NCBI GenBank assembly: GCA_050253415.1
Contig: JBFWJC010000002.1
Location: forward strand, 32,001 to 96,000
Reading direction: 5' to 3'
Source: Pedobacter sp.
GTDB taxonomy: Bacteria > Desulfobacterota > Desulfuromonadia > Desulfuromonadales > Syntrophotaleaceae
DNA: 64,000 nt
Below, one piece after another: positions 19,305-31,457 of this stretch. The notes beneath the pieces are model-generated. The model worked only from the letters and a program-made list of their open reading frames with translations, ran no database searches and was not told where the DNA came from. Position numbers and translations under genes: made by a program. The stretch's first letter is position 1. Each line of letters begins with the position of its first letter.

Positions 19305-21722
19305 TTAAGGCGAACTTTTCCTTTGGTCGGATGTATTCCATTCCTGAAGGACGGTCGCATCTACCGAGCGCAGGTGCAGATCCCGTTGCGGGAAGGGAAT
19401 TTCGATCTCTTCTTCGCGAAAACGCCGGTCGATGTATAGCAACAGGTCGTTTTTGATGATCAGGCGTTCGGCCACAGACTTTGCCCAAACGCGCAGTTCA
19501 AAATCGAGGGAACTGGCACCAAAAGCTGTAAAAATAGCCGAAGGTGGGGGGGTGTCAAGGACGTCGGGGTGGGTTTGAGCCGCGCTGTACAGGATTTTCA
19601 GAACCTTTTCAACATCGCTGCCGTAAGCTACCCCAACCGGGACAACGATGCGGCACTGTTCATTGGAGAGAGTCCAGTTGGTGACTTTTTCGGATACCAG
19701 CAGCGAGTTGGGTACGATAACTTCCGATTGATCAAAGGTTTCAACGGTGGTGGAGCGCAGGCCAATTTTGCGCACCGTGCCCCATTCGTTGTCCAGAACC
19801 ACCAAGTCCCCGATTTTGATGGGGCGTTCAAACAGCAGAATAAGGCCACTGACAAAATTGTTGACGATATTTTGCAGTCCAAAGCCGATACCGATACCAA
19901 GCGCTCCGGCCAGTACCGCAAAATTTTTCAATTCGATGCCGGCCAGACTCAGGGCCATGACTACACCGAAGGCCAGAATGGCATAGTGAAGCAGTTTTTT
20001 AATGGAATCACGCACCCCCCTGTCCATCTGCCGGCGCGGGAAAACCTCCTCTTCCAACAGGCTGCGTAACAGCCAGGAAACGAGGATGGCCGTGTACAGG
20101 GCAGCGAGTGCGATCAAGAGCATGTTTGCGGAGACGGTTTTGTCGCCCAGCACTATTCCCGTGGATACGATGGTATGCCAGGCTTCGCCAACGCTGTCAA
20201 ACAGGCGCCAGATCACCATCAGGTGCAAAGCGGTATAGACCATGATGGCAATCGGGACAAGGTGCCAGATGCGGGTTTGTAGTTCCTGTCCATGCCGACG
20301 GAAAAAACGCTGTCTTTTAAACATTCTGAGTTTTGCCAGCGTCAGCAATGCTGCGTGCAGCAGGCGTAACGTCAACACTGCAAGCAGGCAGATGAAAACG
20401 GTCTTCAGTCCCGCAAAAATAAAATGCTCAGCCAGATTGCCATAACCTCCCACCTGCGCCATGGCGGAAACCCCGAGCAACCCCATCCCGAGTTTCAAAA
20501 GATTGCGGAACTGATGCTGTCGGTCTGGCCTGGCCTGCAGCGAGGAATTTTTTATACGCCACAGCACGCATATGCCGGCCAGACATATCCCTGTCAGATA
20601 GAGACTGTAGAGAGGTGCGGGGAGTGACAGGCTTTGCAGAATTCGCGACAGAATATAAACGTAGGCCAGCACGCGAATAACCAGTCGTTGCCGGGGACTA
20701 TCAAACAGTTCGACGCTAAGGGGCACCAGGGACAGGACCGCCCCGGTTGTGAGGATCAGAATCCAGCCTGAAGGCGCATGGCCGTAAAAAGGAGCCAGCA
20801 CGATGGTCGACAGAAACAAGCTTGCGGAGAAGGGATGGCGCAGGGCGAATAGCAGATCTTCCTCATCCGCCAAACGCTTACCTCGAGATCGCAACATGCC
20901 AACCAGAAAAACGACCAAAAACACATGCAAAGCGACCAGTCCACCGCGGTTTTTCCAGAATAGACTGTTGAGAAGATCCAGCTTGCCGAGTCCGGCAGGG
21001 ATGGAAGAAAACAGGGTGCTGTCGAATTGCCGATAGAATTCCGGATTGAAAACGGAAGGTTGATTACGCGCCAGGAGTTGTACGCGACTGACGGCCAGAA
21101 GCTGTTCAATCTGGCCGATTTGTTGGGTAATCCGCGTTTGCAGGGCCGTGACTTTCTGCTGCAGGGCCACAAGGGGAGGCGATAGCTCCTCGAGTTGTTG
21201 CAGGGATTGCTCAATGGTTTGTCGTGCCTGGATGAAAACTTCCGGAGGTGCAAGTGGGCTGGGGGTTGGGAATGATTTCTGCCATTGCTGCCAGAACTGT
21301 TTTTGGTCCTGCCATTTACCGCGCAAGGCCTCGATCTGTGCCAGTCGCAGGAAGAGTTCGTCCAGCAGTTGCGTGGTTTTATCCTTGTGACCCAAAAGCG
21401 TGGTTCTGGACTGCTGCAAATTGTCGAGGGGCCAATTCTGAATCGGACCCATGTTATTTTCACGTTCGGTCCATTGGTCCTGCCATTGTTGAAGGGAGGT
21501 CAGGGTCAGGTTAATAGCGTCGAGATTGGCAAGAGCGTTTAGCTGGTTATCCAAGGCGCTCTTTTCTTCTGTGAGTTTAGCCAATCGGGGATAAATCTCA
21601 GCCACGCCGGGTAAAGGTGCCGGTTCCGCGGATTCCGGGGTGGCGGCAGGCTGATCGGCATGGACCGTCACAGCCATGGACAACAGAAGTAAAACAACAC
21701 AGCAGGTCAGCAGACGTTTCAT
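19305..21722 (-). CDS. Large MscS-family mechanosensitive channel (MscK-like)
   Basis: GIGFGLQNIVNNFVSGLILLFERPIKIGD, VGVAYGSD, IPFPQRDLH; periplasmic coiled coil. Confidence 0.92.
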   Translation of the reverse strand: MKRLLTCCVVLLLLSMAVTVHADQPAATPESAEPAPLPGVAEIYPRLAKLTEEKSALDNQLNALANLDAINLTLTSLQQWQDQWTERENNMGPIQNWPLDNLQQSRTTLLGHKDKTTQLLDELFLRLAQIEALRGKWQDQKQFWQQWQKSFPTPSPLAPPEVFIQARQTIEQSLQQLEELSPPLVALQQKVTALQTRITQQIGQIEQLLAVSRVQLLARNQPSVFNPEFYRQFDSTLFSSIPAGLGKLDLLNSLFWKNRGGLVALHVFLVVFLVGMLRSRGKRLADEEDLLFALRHPFSASLFLSTIVLAPFYGHAPSGWILILTTGAVLSLVPLSVELFDSPRQRLVIRVLAYVYILSRILQSLSLPAPLYSLYLTGICLAGICVLWRIKNSSLQARPDRQHQFRNLLKLGMGLLGVSAMAQVGGYGNLAEHFIFAGLKTVFICLLAVLTLRLLHAALLTLAKLRMFKRQRFFRRHGQELQTRIWHLVPIAIMVYTALHLMVIWRLFDSVGEAWHTIVSTGIVLGDKTVSANMLLIALAALYTAILVSWLLRSLLEEEVFPRRQMDRGVRDSIKKLLHYAILAFGVVMALSLAGIELKNFAVLAGALGIGIGFGLQNIVNNFVSGLILLFERPIKIGDLVVLDNEWGTVRKIGLRSTTVETFDQSEVIVPNSLLVSEKVTNWTLSNEQCRIVVPVGVAYGSDVEKVLKILYSAAQTHPDVLDTPPPSAIFTAFGASSLDFELRVWAKSVAERLIIKNDLLLYIDRRFREEEIEIPFPQRDLHLRSVDATVLQEWNTSDQRKSSP

Positions 21723-21868
21723 AAATCACCCATGGGGACAGGAATTTCTTATTTTTCGACAGGCGCAAGTCTACCATTTGCCCGCTGGTTTGCCACCTTT
21801 TTTAAACAACAACCAACACAACCGGTTGGGGTTCGGGGGACGATAGGGAAAAGTCTGGTAAAATTTGA

Positions 21869-23696
<1,828 letters not shown>

Positions 23697-23700
<4 letters not shown>

Positions 23701-24065
23701 CCGATGAAAAGGATAAGACGCCCCGCACCGGGCAACAGTCGCGCGATGAATTGCGGCGCCTGCTGGCGGCCAAGCAGGCACGCAAGCTGCGGGCCATGGA
23801 ACAGCGAGGGCGCAGCGCCTGGTTCGGTCTTGGCATGTTTGGCCTGGTCGGTTGGTCGGTGGCCATCCCGGCGGTGGCGCTTACGGCTCTCGGAGTGTGG
23901 ATCGATGCCCGCCACGCCGGCCCTTATTCCTGGACCCTGATGCTGTTGGTGATCGGAGTTGGTTTGGGCTGCGTCAATGCCTGGATCTGGATCAGTCGCG
24001 AACGCAGGGATATCGAAACCGAGCGTCGCGAACCGCCACAGGATGATGCGCATGACCACGACTGA
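23697..24065 (+). CDS. atpQ: N-ATPase AtpQ (AtpZ/AtpI-like)
   Basis: WFGLGMFGLVGWSVAIP..G.WID..SWTL..GCVNAW; ATG overlaps the atpC stop. Confidence 0.88.
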
Positions 24066-24357
24066 ACTCAGCCGACTGGCGATGTCCCTGGTGGCCGGAG
24101 GTCTGTTGGGTGCAGGTTATTTCGGCGGACTTTACCTGACCGTGAAACGTGTGGGACGAGTGTCGTCTCCGCAGTTGTTACTGGTCGCCAGCTTTTTGGT
24201 TCGGCTGCTGGTGGTGCTGGGGGCTTTTTACCTGCTATCTTCCTGGGGAGCTTTGGCCATGATGACCGGCATGGGGGGATTTTTAATCGCGCGGATGGCA
24301 TGGCTGCGGTCCCGGTATGGACGTGGGGGGGTAGGCTCAAGGTCCGGCACAAGATGA
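24052..24357 (+). CDS. atpR: N-ATPase AtpR
   Basis: GLLGAGYFGGL, SFLVRL, GFLIAR with Arg residues in TM segments. Confidence 0.85.
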   Translation: MTTTELSRLAMSLVAGGLLGAGYFGGLYLTVKRVGRVSSPQLLLVASFLVRLLVVLGAFYLLSSWGALAMMTGMGGFLIARMAWLRSRYGRGGVGSRSGTR

Positions 24358-24485
24358 AAGGAGCCAGTGATTAGTGATTGGTAACGGCCTGTCGCCTTTG
24401 CTTCCCCCTTTGATGCCGGTACAACCCCGCGGTCCTGGCTTTCCGGTACCGGTCATCGGGTTTTGAGTAATGAGGATTAATATTT

Positions 24486-25178
24486 ATGGAAATTACACCA
24501 GACATCTTCATCTTCTGGCAATGGCAGGGGCTCAAGGTTAATGCCACCATCGCCATAACCTGGTTCAACATGTTGATCCTGGTTATGGGGGCCTGGCTGG
24601 TGACGCGGCGCCTGCGCCGGGAAGGGCGTTTGTCACGCTGGCAGAACCTGCTTGAGGTGCTGGTCTCCGGCATGGAAGAGCAGATCAACGACATGGGGTT
24701 GGCGCCGCCACGGGAGTTTCTGCCGTTTCTAGGCAGCCTGTTTTTGTTCGTGTTGTTTTCCAACCTGCTGGCTGTGATTCCCGGTTATGTCGCGCCGACG
24801 GGATCGCTATCGACGACCACTGCCCTGGCCATCTGTGTGTTTATATCCGTGCCGCTGTGGGGCATTCAGCGACGCGGTCTTATCGGTTACTTGCGGATGT
24901 ACATCAAGCCTTCGGTTTTCATGTTGCCTTTCAACATTATGGGTGAGGTGTCCCGCACCCTTGCTCTGGCTGTGCGCCTGTTCGGCAACGTTATGAGCGG
25001 CAGCATGATAGCCGGCATCCTGTTGTCCATCGCTCCCCTGTTTTTCCCGGTGCTGATGCAGCTTCTGGGACTGATTACCGGAGTCATTCAGGCTTATATC
25101 TTTGCGGTGCTGGCGGCGGTTTATATTGCCGCCGGCGCACAGATGGAGCAGCAAAGGGAGCAACAGGTCCAAGGCTAG
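24486..25178 (+). CDS. atpB: N-ATPase a subunit
   Basis: SRTLALAVRLFGNVMSG, IQAYIFAVL. Confidence 0.95.
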   Translation: MEITPDIFIFWQWQGLKVNATIAITWFNMLILVMGAWLVTRRLRREGRLSRWQNLLEVLVSGMEEQINDMGLAPPREFLPFLGSLFLFVLFSNLLAVIPGYVAPTGSLSTTTALAICVFISVPLWGIQRRGLIGYLRMYIKPSVFMLPFNIMGEVSRTLALAVRLFGNVMSGSMIAGILLSIAPLFFPVLMQLLGLITGVIQAYIFAVLAAVYIAAGAQMEQQREQQVQG

Positions 25179-25231
25179 TAGCACTTGTAAGTTTACAATG
25201 ATGTTTTCAGGCTGATTGAAAGGAGTCCTGC

Positions 25232-25516
25232 ATGGAAAGTCTTACATGGGTTGCCGTGTCGTCCATCTTGTCGGCGGGCATCTGCATCGGAATCGGAGCT
25301 ATCGGCCCGGCTCTCGGCGAGGGGCGGGCGCTTGCCCAGGCCCTGGCGGCCCTGGCACAGCAGCCGGACGAAGCCAATACCATCACCCGCACCCTGTTTG
25401 TCGGGTTGGCGATGGTCGAATCCACGGCGATTTACTGTTTCGTGGTTTCCATGATCCTTATTTTTGCCAATCCCTTCTGGCGGTTCTTTCTGGCCCGAGT
25501 CGGTGAAGGAGGCTAA
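25232..25516 (+). CDS. atpE: N-ATPase c subunit with Na+-binding signature
   Basis: GPALGEG, QQP loop and ESTAIY. Confidence 0.96.
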   Translation: MESLTWVAVSSILSAGICIGIGAIGPALGEGRALAQALAALAQQPDEANTITRTLFVGLAMVESTAIYCFVVSMILIFANPFWRFFLARVGEGG

Positions 25517-25519
25517 TCG

Positions 25520-26299
25520 GTGCTTATCGACTGGTTCACTGTTGCGGCCCAAGCGGTCAATTTTTTGATTCTGGTGGCTTTGCTCAAGCGGTTTTTGTAT
25601 GGACCGATCCTGCGCGCCATGGATCGCCGTGAGGAACGCCTGGCTGTCTGTTTTGCCGAGGCCGAGAGCAAGTTGGTCGAAGCGGGGCAGCTCGAAGAGC
25701 AATACCGCGGTCTGTTGCAGGAGCTCGAGGAAGCGCGCGGCGTCAAGTTGCGTCAGGTGGAGGAGGATGTTGAGGAACAACGCCGTAAGCTGATCGCCGC
25801 CGCCAAGGAAGAAGCTTCCGAGGTCCGGCGGGCCTGGGCCACGGCCATTCGTGAGGAACGGGAATCCTTTTTCACCGAGCTTAAAAAACGCGTGGGTGGT
25901 GAAATGTTAAAAATCGCTCGCAAGTCGCTCGGGGATTTGGCCAATACCGAACTGGAGCAATTGATGGTTGCGCGTTTTAACGAGCGACTGGCGGAACTCC
26001 GCAGTGACGAGCGGGAACAGGTCGCTTTGGCGGCCTGCGATCGCGGGGTCCTGGTTCGAAGTCCTTTCGCCCTGCCCGAGTCGCTACGCCAGCGTCTGGC
26101 CGAAGGCGTACAACAGGCACTGGGGCAGCCGGTGGCGTTGCAGTACCAGGATCAGGCAGTGATGCCGCTCGGCATCGAATTGACCGTGGGAGGGCTTAAG
26201 TTGTCCTGGGGCGTCGACAGTTATTTTGAGCAGTTGGAGCAGGAGGTAGCAATCCTTTATGACGGTCAGGCCAGCATCTCGGCAGAGGGCCACCTATGA
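25520..26299 (+). CDS. atpF: N-ATPase b subunit (long form)
   Basis: [30 protein letters not shown]; extended C-terminus; no separate atpH. Confidence 0.93.
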   Translation: MLIDWFTVAAQAVNFLILVALLKRFLYGPILRAMDRREERLAVCFAEAESKLVEAGQLEEQYRGLLQELEEARGVKLRQVEEDVEEQRRKLIAAAKEEASEVRRAWATAIREERESFFTELKKRVGGEMLKIARKSLGDLANTELEQLMVARFNERLAELRSDEREQVALAACDRGVLVRSPFALPESLRQRLAEGVQQALGQPVALQYQDQAVMPLGIELTVGGLKLSWGVDSYFEQLEQEVAILYDGQASISAEGHL

Positions 26300-27864
26300 A
26301 CGATCCCAGCCCCTCACTGACTTCGGTGCTAAAGAGCGCTTTTGATACTCTCGATCAGGCGGTGGAAGGATTCTCACCGGTACTGGCGGTGCAACATGTC
26401 GGCTGGGTGGAGTATGTCGGCAAGGGCATTGCGCGGGTAGGGGGGCTGCCGGGGGTACGCTGCGAGGAGTTGCTGGCCTTTCCGGGTAATTTGTTGGGAC
26501 TGGCGCTTGATGTCGCCGAAGAGCAGGTCGGGGTGGTGCTGCTGGGCGATTACGGTCATCTGCAGGCCGGGGACGAGGTACGGCGTACCGGGCGGGTGTT
26601 TGATGTGCCGGTAGGTGACGGCCTGATCGGGCGGGTGGTTGATCCTGTCGGGCGTAGTCTCGATGGCGGCAAGCCTGTGACCTTTCAGCGTCGACTTCCG
26701 GTGGAACGCCCTGCCCCGCCGATTATGGATCGTCTGCCGGTAACTCAGCCGCTGATGACCGGTATCAAGGTCATCGACGCTCTGATTCCCATAGGACGTG
26801 GACAGCGCGAATTGATCCTCGGCGATCGGCAGACCGGCAAGACGGCTATCGCTATCGATGCCATCATCAATCAGCACGATCAGGATGTGCTGTGCATTTA
26901 CTGCGCTATCGGGCAACGTGCCTCCAGTGTTGCCGGGGTGGTCTCCGAATTGCGCAACTGCGGCGCCCTCGACTACAGCATCGTGGTGGTGGCGGAGGGG
27001 GACGCGCCGCCGGGCCTGCAGTATATTGCCCCGTATGCCGCGACCAGCATGGCTGAGCATTTCATGGAACATGGTCGCGATGTGTTGATCGTTTATGACG
27101 ATTTGACTCACCACGCCCGTGCTTATCGCGAGATTTCCCTGCTATTGCGCCGGCCGCCGGGCCGCGAAGCTTTTCCCGGCGATATTTTCTACGTTCACTC
27201 GCGGCTTCTGGAGCGCGCCACGCACCTCTCTGAACCGCGAGGTGGCGGCAGTCTTACGGCTTTGCCTATTATTGAGACCGAGGCCCAGAACCTGTCGGCC
27301 TATATTCCGACCAACCTGATTTCCATTACCGACGGCCAGGTCTACCTGTCACCGGAGCTGTTCCAGAAAGGGTTGTTACCCCCCGTCGATGTCGGCAAAT
27401 CGGTCTCCCGTGTCGGAGGCAAAACCCAGTTGGCCGCCTACCGGGCGGTAGCCGGCGATTTGCGCCTGACCTATTCCCAGTTCGAGGAACTCGAAGCCTT
27501 CGCCCGCTTCGGTACCCGCCTGGATGAAGAAACCCGTCAGGTTCTGCACCGTGGTCGCCGGGTGCGCGCTATCCTTAAGCAGCCGCAGTTCCGGCCGCGT
27601 ACCGCGCCTCAGCAGGTATTGGTGTTGCATGCGCTGAACAACGGGGTTTTCGATAAGGTCGACGAAGCAGATCTTTTCGAGGTGGAGCAGGCGGTTTGCT
27701 CAGCGGTGCCTGAATTGCCTGAAATCGTAGAGAAAATTTTACGCGGAGAGGCTCTGTCGAGCGAAGATCTTATCGCCATGCTGGACGCCGCCACCCGCGC
27801 GGTGCGACCGTTTATCAAGGTCGGGGAGGACGAGGATGCCGGCGCTGCAGGAGTTGCAACATAA
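26296..27864 (+). CDS. atpA: N-ATPase alpha subunit
   Basis: [27 protein letters not shown]. Confidence 0.97.
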   Translation: MNDPSPSLTSVLKSAFDTLDQAVEGFSPVLAVQHVGWVEYVGKGIARVGGLPGVRCEELLAFPGNLLGLALDVAEEQVGVVLLGDYGHLQAGDEVRRTGRVFDVPVGDGLIGRVVDPVGRSLDGGKPVTFQRRLPVERPAPPIMDRLPVTQPLMTGIKVIDALIPIGRGQRELILGDRQTGKTAIAIDAIINQHDQDVLCIYCAIGQRASSVAGVVSELRNCGALDYSIVVVAEGDAPPGLQYIAPYAATSMAEHFMEHGRDVLIVYDDLTHHARAYREISLLLRRPPGREAFPGDIFYVHSRLLERATHLSEPRGGGSLTALPIIETEAQNLSAYIPTNLISITDGQVYLSPELFQKGLLPPVDVGKSVSRVGGKTQLAAYRAVAGDLRLTYSQFEELEAFARFGTRLDEETRQVLHRGRRVRAILKQPQFRPRTAPQQVLVLHALNNGVFDKVDEADLFEVEQAVCSAVPELPEIVEKILRGEALSSEDLIAMLDAATRAVRPFIKVGEDEDAGAAGVAT

Positions 27865-28732
27865 AATCAAAAGCGCCTCGGACCTGCACATGGTGGTGCG
27901 CACCATGAAGGCGTTGGCGGCGGTCAGCATCCGTCAATACGAGGATGCGGTGCGAGCCCTCGATGGCTATTATGACGCCGTTGAGCTGGGGCTGCGTGCG
28001 GTGTTGCGCGATCGCCCTCTCACCGGCCGCGCGCGACCTGCCGGGGATACCGTGGCGCTGATTCTCGGTTCGGATCAGGGCATGGCGGGGCGCTTCAACG
28101 ACGCCATGCTCGAATATGCGACGGGCTGGCTGCAGCGCGATGCCGATATCAAGGGTGCGCCAGAGTGTTGGGTTGCCGGGGAAAAAATCGCTGGCGGCGT
28201 GGAAGAACGTTTTGGCGATGTGCGGGAGCTTTTTGCCCTGCCGACCTCGGTACAGAGTATCACCGCCACCGTGCAGGAGGTGCTGGTGCGGTTTGAGCGC
28301 CGCCGAAGTCACAGCGAGTGCCGGCTGCTGTTATTTCACAACCGGCCACTGGCCGGGGCGGCCTATGAACAGCAGTGCGTATTGCTGCTGCCCCCCGATG
28401 AGCGTTGGTTACGACACATGGCCGGTCAAAAGTGGCCCGGCCGTTGCCTGCCCATGGTTGCAGCTCCTTGGGAGCAGTCTTTTCCCGCCTTGATCAGCGA
28501 ATACCTGTTCGTCACACTGTTTCGCGGTTTTGCCACCTCCCTTGCGGCGGAAAACGCCGCCCGGCTGGCGGCCATGCAACGTGCCGAAAAAAATATCGAG
28601 GAACTCCAGGCCGATCTGCAATCCCGCTACCACGCGCTGCGGCAGACGGTCATTACCGAGGAGCTGTTCGACATTATTTCAGGTTTCGAAGCCCTCGGCG
28701 GCAACGACGACCGGGCCGGGCGCTATAAGTAA
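27836..28732 (+). CDS. atpG: N-ATPase gamma subunit
   Basis: [41 protein letters not shown]. Confidence 0.94.
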   Translation: MPALQELQHKIKSASDLHMVVRTMKALAAVSIRQYEDAVRALDGYYDAVELGLRAVLRDRPLTGRARPAGDTVALILGSDQGMAGRFNDAMLEYATGWLQRDADIKGAPECWVAGEKIAGGVEERFGDVRELFALPTSVQSITATVQEVLVRFERRRSHSECRLLLFHNRPLAGAAYEQQCVLLLPPDERWLRHMAGQKWPGRCLPMVAAPWEQSFPALISEYLFVTLFRGFATSLAAENAARLAAMQRAEKNIEELQADLQSRYHALRQTVITEELFDIISGFEALGGNDDRAGRYK

Positions 28733-28743
28733 AGTCGGAGTGT

Positions 28744-29052
28744 TTATTTTATTCCAAGTTTCTCCATGAGTTCCTCCACTTCTTCCGCCCCTTCGTCGTA
28801 GAGTTCTTCCTCCTCCGGCGCCAGATGCTTGAGCAACCGCAAGAACTCACCGGCATGCACCCGTTCCTCATCGGCGATGTCCTTGAGTACCTCGATGGCC
28901 AGCTCATCGTCTGTCGATTCGGCCAGTTGCATGTAAAGCTGCACCGCTTCGTATTCGGCAGACACCATATATCGGATGGCGCGGATCAGCTCCTGCTTGG
29001 TCAATTTGCGATCGCAGGCATTACCGGCAAAGGGATTGGCGAATTCAGGCAT
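28744..29052 (-). CDS. Small ferritin-like di-iron protein
   Basis: AEYEAVQLY and DIADEERVHAGE (ExxH). Confidence 0.85.
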   Translation of the reverse strand: MPEFANPFAGNACDRKLTKQELIRAIRYMVSAEYEAVQLYMQLAESTDDELAIEVLKDIADEERVHAGEFLRLLKHLAPEEEELYDEGAEEVEELMEKLGIK

Positions 29053-29180
29053 GACGGTTTCCTTTCGATTGGGAATGGGCAGGATGGTGCCACGTGGATT
29101 CTTTCGACGCGGCTTTATTCTATGCTGGATATCCTATGGGAGAGGGTAGTCAAGGTAGTGGCAGTGGAAAAGGGTGTTTT

Positions 29181-29477
29181 CACCACGAAGAGCACGAAGG
29201 ACACGAAGAATGGATTAAGCGTACTGACAGAGCAAGAGACTGATCCTGCGATATGTTCTTACCCTTTAAACCTCTGACCTTGAATTTCCTCGTGCTCTTC
29301 GAGTCCTTATATATGTTATTCGTTGTCCTCTGCAATCTTGCTTTTACAGGGATGTGCAGGATGATCAGGATAACCCCCTAAACTCAGGGCCGATGGTTCT
29401 CATCCTGTCCATCCTGTATATCCCTGTTCGTGGTGGCGTTGTCGTTATCGAAACTTCTTAGTGTCCTTCGTGGTAAA
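29181..29477. repeat. Composite nested inverted-repeat element, copy 1 (9-bp CACGAAG-type arms, inner CAGGAT-type arms)
   Basis: CACCACGAAGAGCACGAAGGACACGAAG (29181-29208), inverse arms at ~29288-29307 and ~29454-29474, inner ACAGGGATGTGCAGGATGATCAGGAT / ATCCTGTCCATCCTGTATATCCCTGT. Confidence 0.85.
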
Positions 29478-29558
29478 AAAATTAATGCATCGGTTCATTA
29501 GGTTATAAGGGGTTCCCGGCAGGAGTGGTCAGGGGGTATCATAGGTCTGAGGCTTATT

Positions 29559-30725
29559 ATGACCAAACCATCGACCACTCAGCCACCGGATTGGCATTTC
29601 GAACAGGGGCCCATCCGGCCGCCGAGCGAGGCCCGCAGCCTTTTACTACGGGTCAGCCGCAACTGCCCATGGAACCGCTGTACCTTCTGTCCGGTTTACA
29701 AGGGGCGCAAGTTTTCAATGCGGTCCGTTGAGGAGGTATGCCGCGATATCGATGCGGTCGCCCGGCATCTTGACCTGCTGCGTCGGAACCTCCGCGACGT
29801 CGGTGTTGAAACACAGGGGTTGTTGCAGCTATTGCATGACCGGTTGCCGCCTGAAGAGCAGACTTCGTTTCGGGCTGCGGCGCATTGGCTGGTCGGGGGC
29901 TTGCAGTCGGTTTTCCTGCAGGATGCTGACGGACTGGTCGTTGGACCCAAACGGCTGAGTGTTATCCTTGCGCATCTGCAGGCAACTTTTCCGTGGACGT
30001 TTCGCATTACCGCCTACACCCGTTCGCAAACGGTCCTGCGGTTTAGCCAGGAGGAATTAATTGCTCTGCGGAAGTCGGGCCTGACGCGGTTGTATATCGG
30101 TCTGGAGTCCGGCTGCGACGCGGTGCTGGAAAAGGTTTGCAAAGGTGCGACCCGGGCGATGCACATCCAGGCCGGCCAGCGTGTCAAGCAAGCGGGGATC
30201 GAACTGTCGGAATATGTCATGCCCGGCCTGGGTGGCAGGGCGTTATCGGAGCGCCATGCTTGTGACTCCGCCACCGCGCTGAATGCTATCCGCCCCGATT
30301 TTATCCGCCTGCGCACCTTGGCCCTTCCGGAGGGCACGCCCCTGCATGCGGAGTGGCTCAGCGGTCGGTTCGAGCCCTGCACCAGTGTCGAAATTGCCGG
30401 GGAGCTTTTGCTTTTTCTGCAAACCCTGGATGGGATTGCTGGTGAACTGGCCAGCGATCACGTGCTGAATCTGTTTGAAGATCTGGCCGGAATCTTGCCC
30501 GGCGATCAACCACGGCTGGTGGCCATGGTGCAAGCGTTTCTCGATCTGACTGAGGAGCGGCGCTGCGTCTACCTGGTCGGCCGCCGAGGCGGTGTGTTGC
30601 GCGGCCTGCAGGATCTGAACGATCCCGATAAGGAAGCTGCCGCCCAGGCACTTTGTCTGCAACTTGGGGCCAATCCGGATAACGTCGAGGATATTTGCCG
30701 CAGGCTGATGCAGCGCTTTATCTGA
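29559..30725 (+). CDS. Radical SAM protein, function unknown
   Basis: GPIRPPSEA, CPWNRCTFC (CxxxCxxC), GLESG, SDHVLN. Confidence 0.9.
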   Translation: MTKPSTTQPPDWHFEQGPIRPPSEARSLLLRVSRNCPWNRCTFCPVYKGRKFSMRSVEEVCRDIDAVARHLDLLRRNLRDVGVETQGLLQLLHDRLPPEEQTSFRAAAHWLVGGLQSVFLQDADGLVVGPKRLSVILAHLQATFPWTFRITAYTRSQTVLRFSQEELIALRKSGLTRLYIGLESGCDAVLEKVCKGATRAMHIQAGQRVKQAGIELSEYVMPGLGGRALSERHACDSATALNAIRPDFIRLRTLALPEGTPLHAEWLSGRFEPCTSVEIAGELLLFLQTLDGIAGELASDHVLNLFEDLAGILPGDQPRLVAMVQAFLDLTEERRCVYLVGRRGGVLRGLQDLNDPDKEAAAQALCLQLGANPDNVEDICRRLMQRFI

Positions 30726-30747
30726 ATTGAAAGGAGATCGTTTCGCT

Positions 30748-31281
30748 ATGATACGCACTTGCACCATCGATACCCCTTTGGGGCCTATGACGGCTGCGGC
30801 TTTGAACGGCAAGCTTATCGGTTTATGGTTTGTGGGCCAGAAACACTATCCGGCCGCTGCGCAGAGCTGGGCGTCCCAGCCCGATTATCCTGTTCTGGTA
30901 AATTTACGGGCATGGATCGAGGAATACTTTGCGGGGAAGGGTGAAAGATTTGATCTGCCATTGGAGCCGCAGGGGACCCCTTTTCAAAAAGCCGTCTGGA
31001 AAATCCTGCTGCAGGTGCCACCGGGAAAAACCATCACCTACGGAGATATTGCCAGACAACTCGCGGCTGTACGCGGTGTGCCTTCCATGTCGGCCCAGGC
31101 CGTGGGAGGCGCTATCGGGCGCAACCCCATTTCCATCCTGATCCCCTGTCATCGAGTGATCGGGGCCGACGGTAGTCTGACCGGCTACGCAGCGGGCGTG
31201 GATAAAAAACAGGCGCTGTTGCAGTTGGAAGGGGCTGGCAGGAACCCGGATGCAGTGCCGGGTTCATTACCAAATAGGTAG
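30748..31281 (+). CDS. ogt: Methylated-DNA-[protein]-cysteine S-methyltransferase
   Basis: GTPFQKAVW, AVGGAIGRNP, PCHRV. Confidence 0.95.
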   Translation: MIRTCTIDTPLGPMTAAALNGKLIGLWFVGQKHYPAAAQSWASQPDYPVLVNLRAWIEEYFAGKGERFDLPLEPQGTPFQKAVWKILLQVPPGKTITYGDIARQLAAVRGVPSMSAQAVGGAIGRNPISILIPCHRVIGADGSLTGYAAGVDKKQALLQLEGAGRNPDAVPGSLPNR

Positions 31282-31294
31282 AAAGGGCATTATT

Positions 31295-31412
31295 ACCACG
31301 AAGGACACGAAGTGCACGAAGACAGACGTAAAGGCAAACCTTTATGTGCTTTTTAAAATACCTAAAGAAATGGTTTTGGTTTTTCTTCGTGTCCTTCGTG
31401 CTCTTCGTGGTG
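31295..31412. repeat. CACGAAG-type 9-mer inverted-repeat element
   Basis: ACCACGAAGGACACGAAGTGCACGAAG ... CTTCGTGTCCTTCGTGCTCTTCGTGGT around an AT-rich spacer. Confidence 0.85.
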
Positions 31413-31457
31413 AAAATCTAAATAAAAACTTCTATCTCTTATCCTCAATTGTCCCGC

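Noticed and set aside
24369..24389. Short heptamer repeat AGTGATT-AGTGATT-GGTAACG between atpR and atpB
   Set aside because: Only two exact units and no clear partner arm; too weak to call an element.
29181..29477. Repeat clusters as a CRISPR array
   Set aside because: Units are 9-bp tandem arms in inverted pairs, not 23-47-bp direct repeats with unique spacers; no cas genes in the window.
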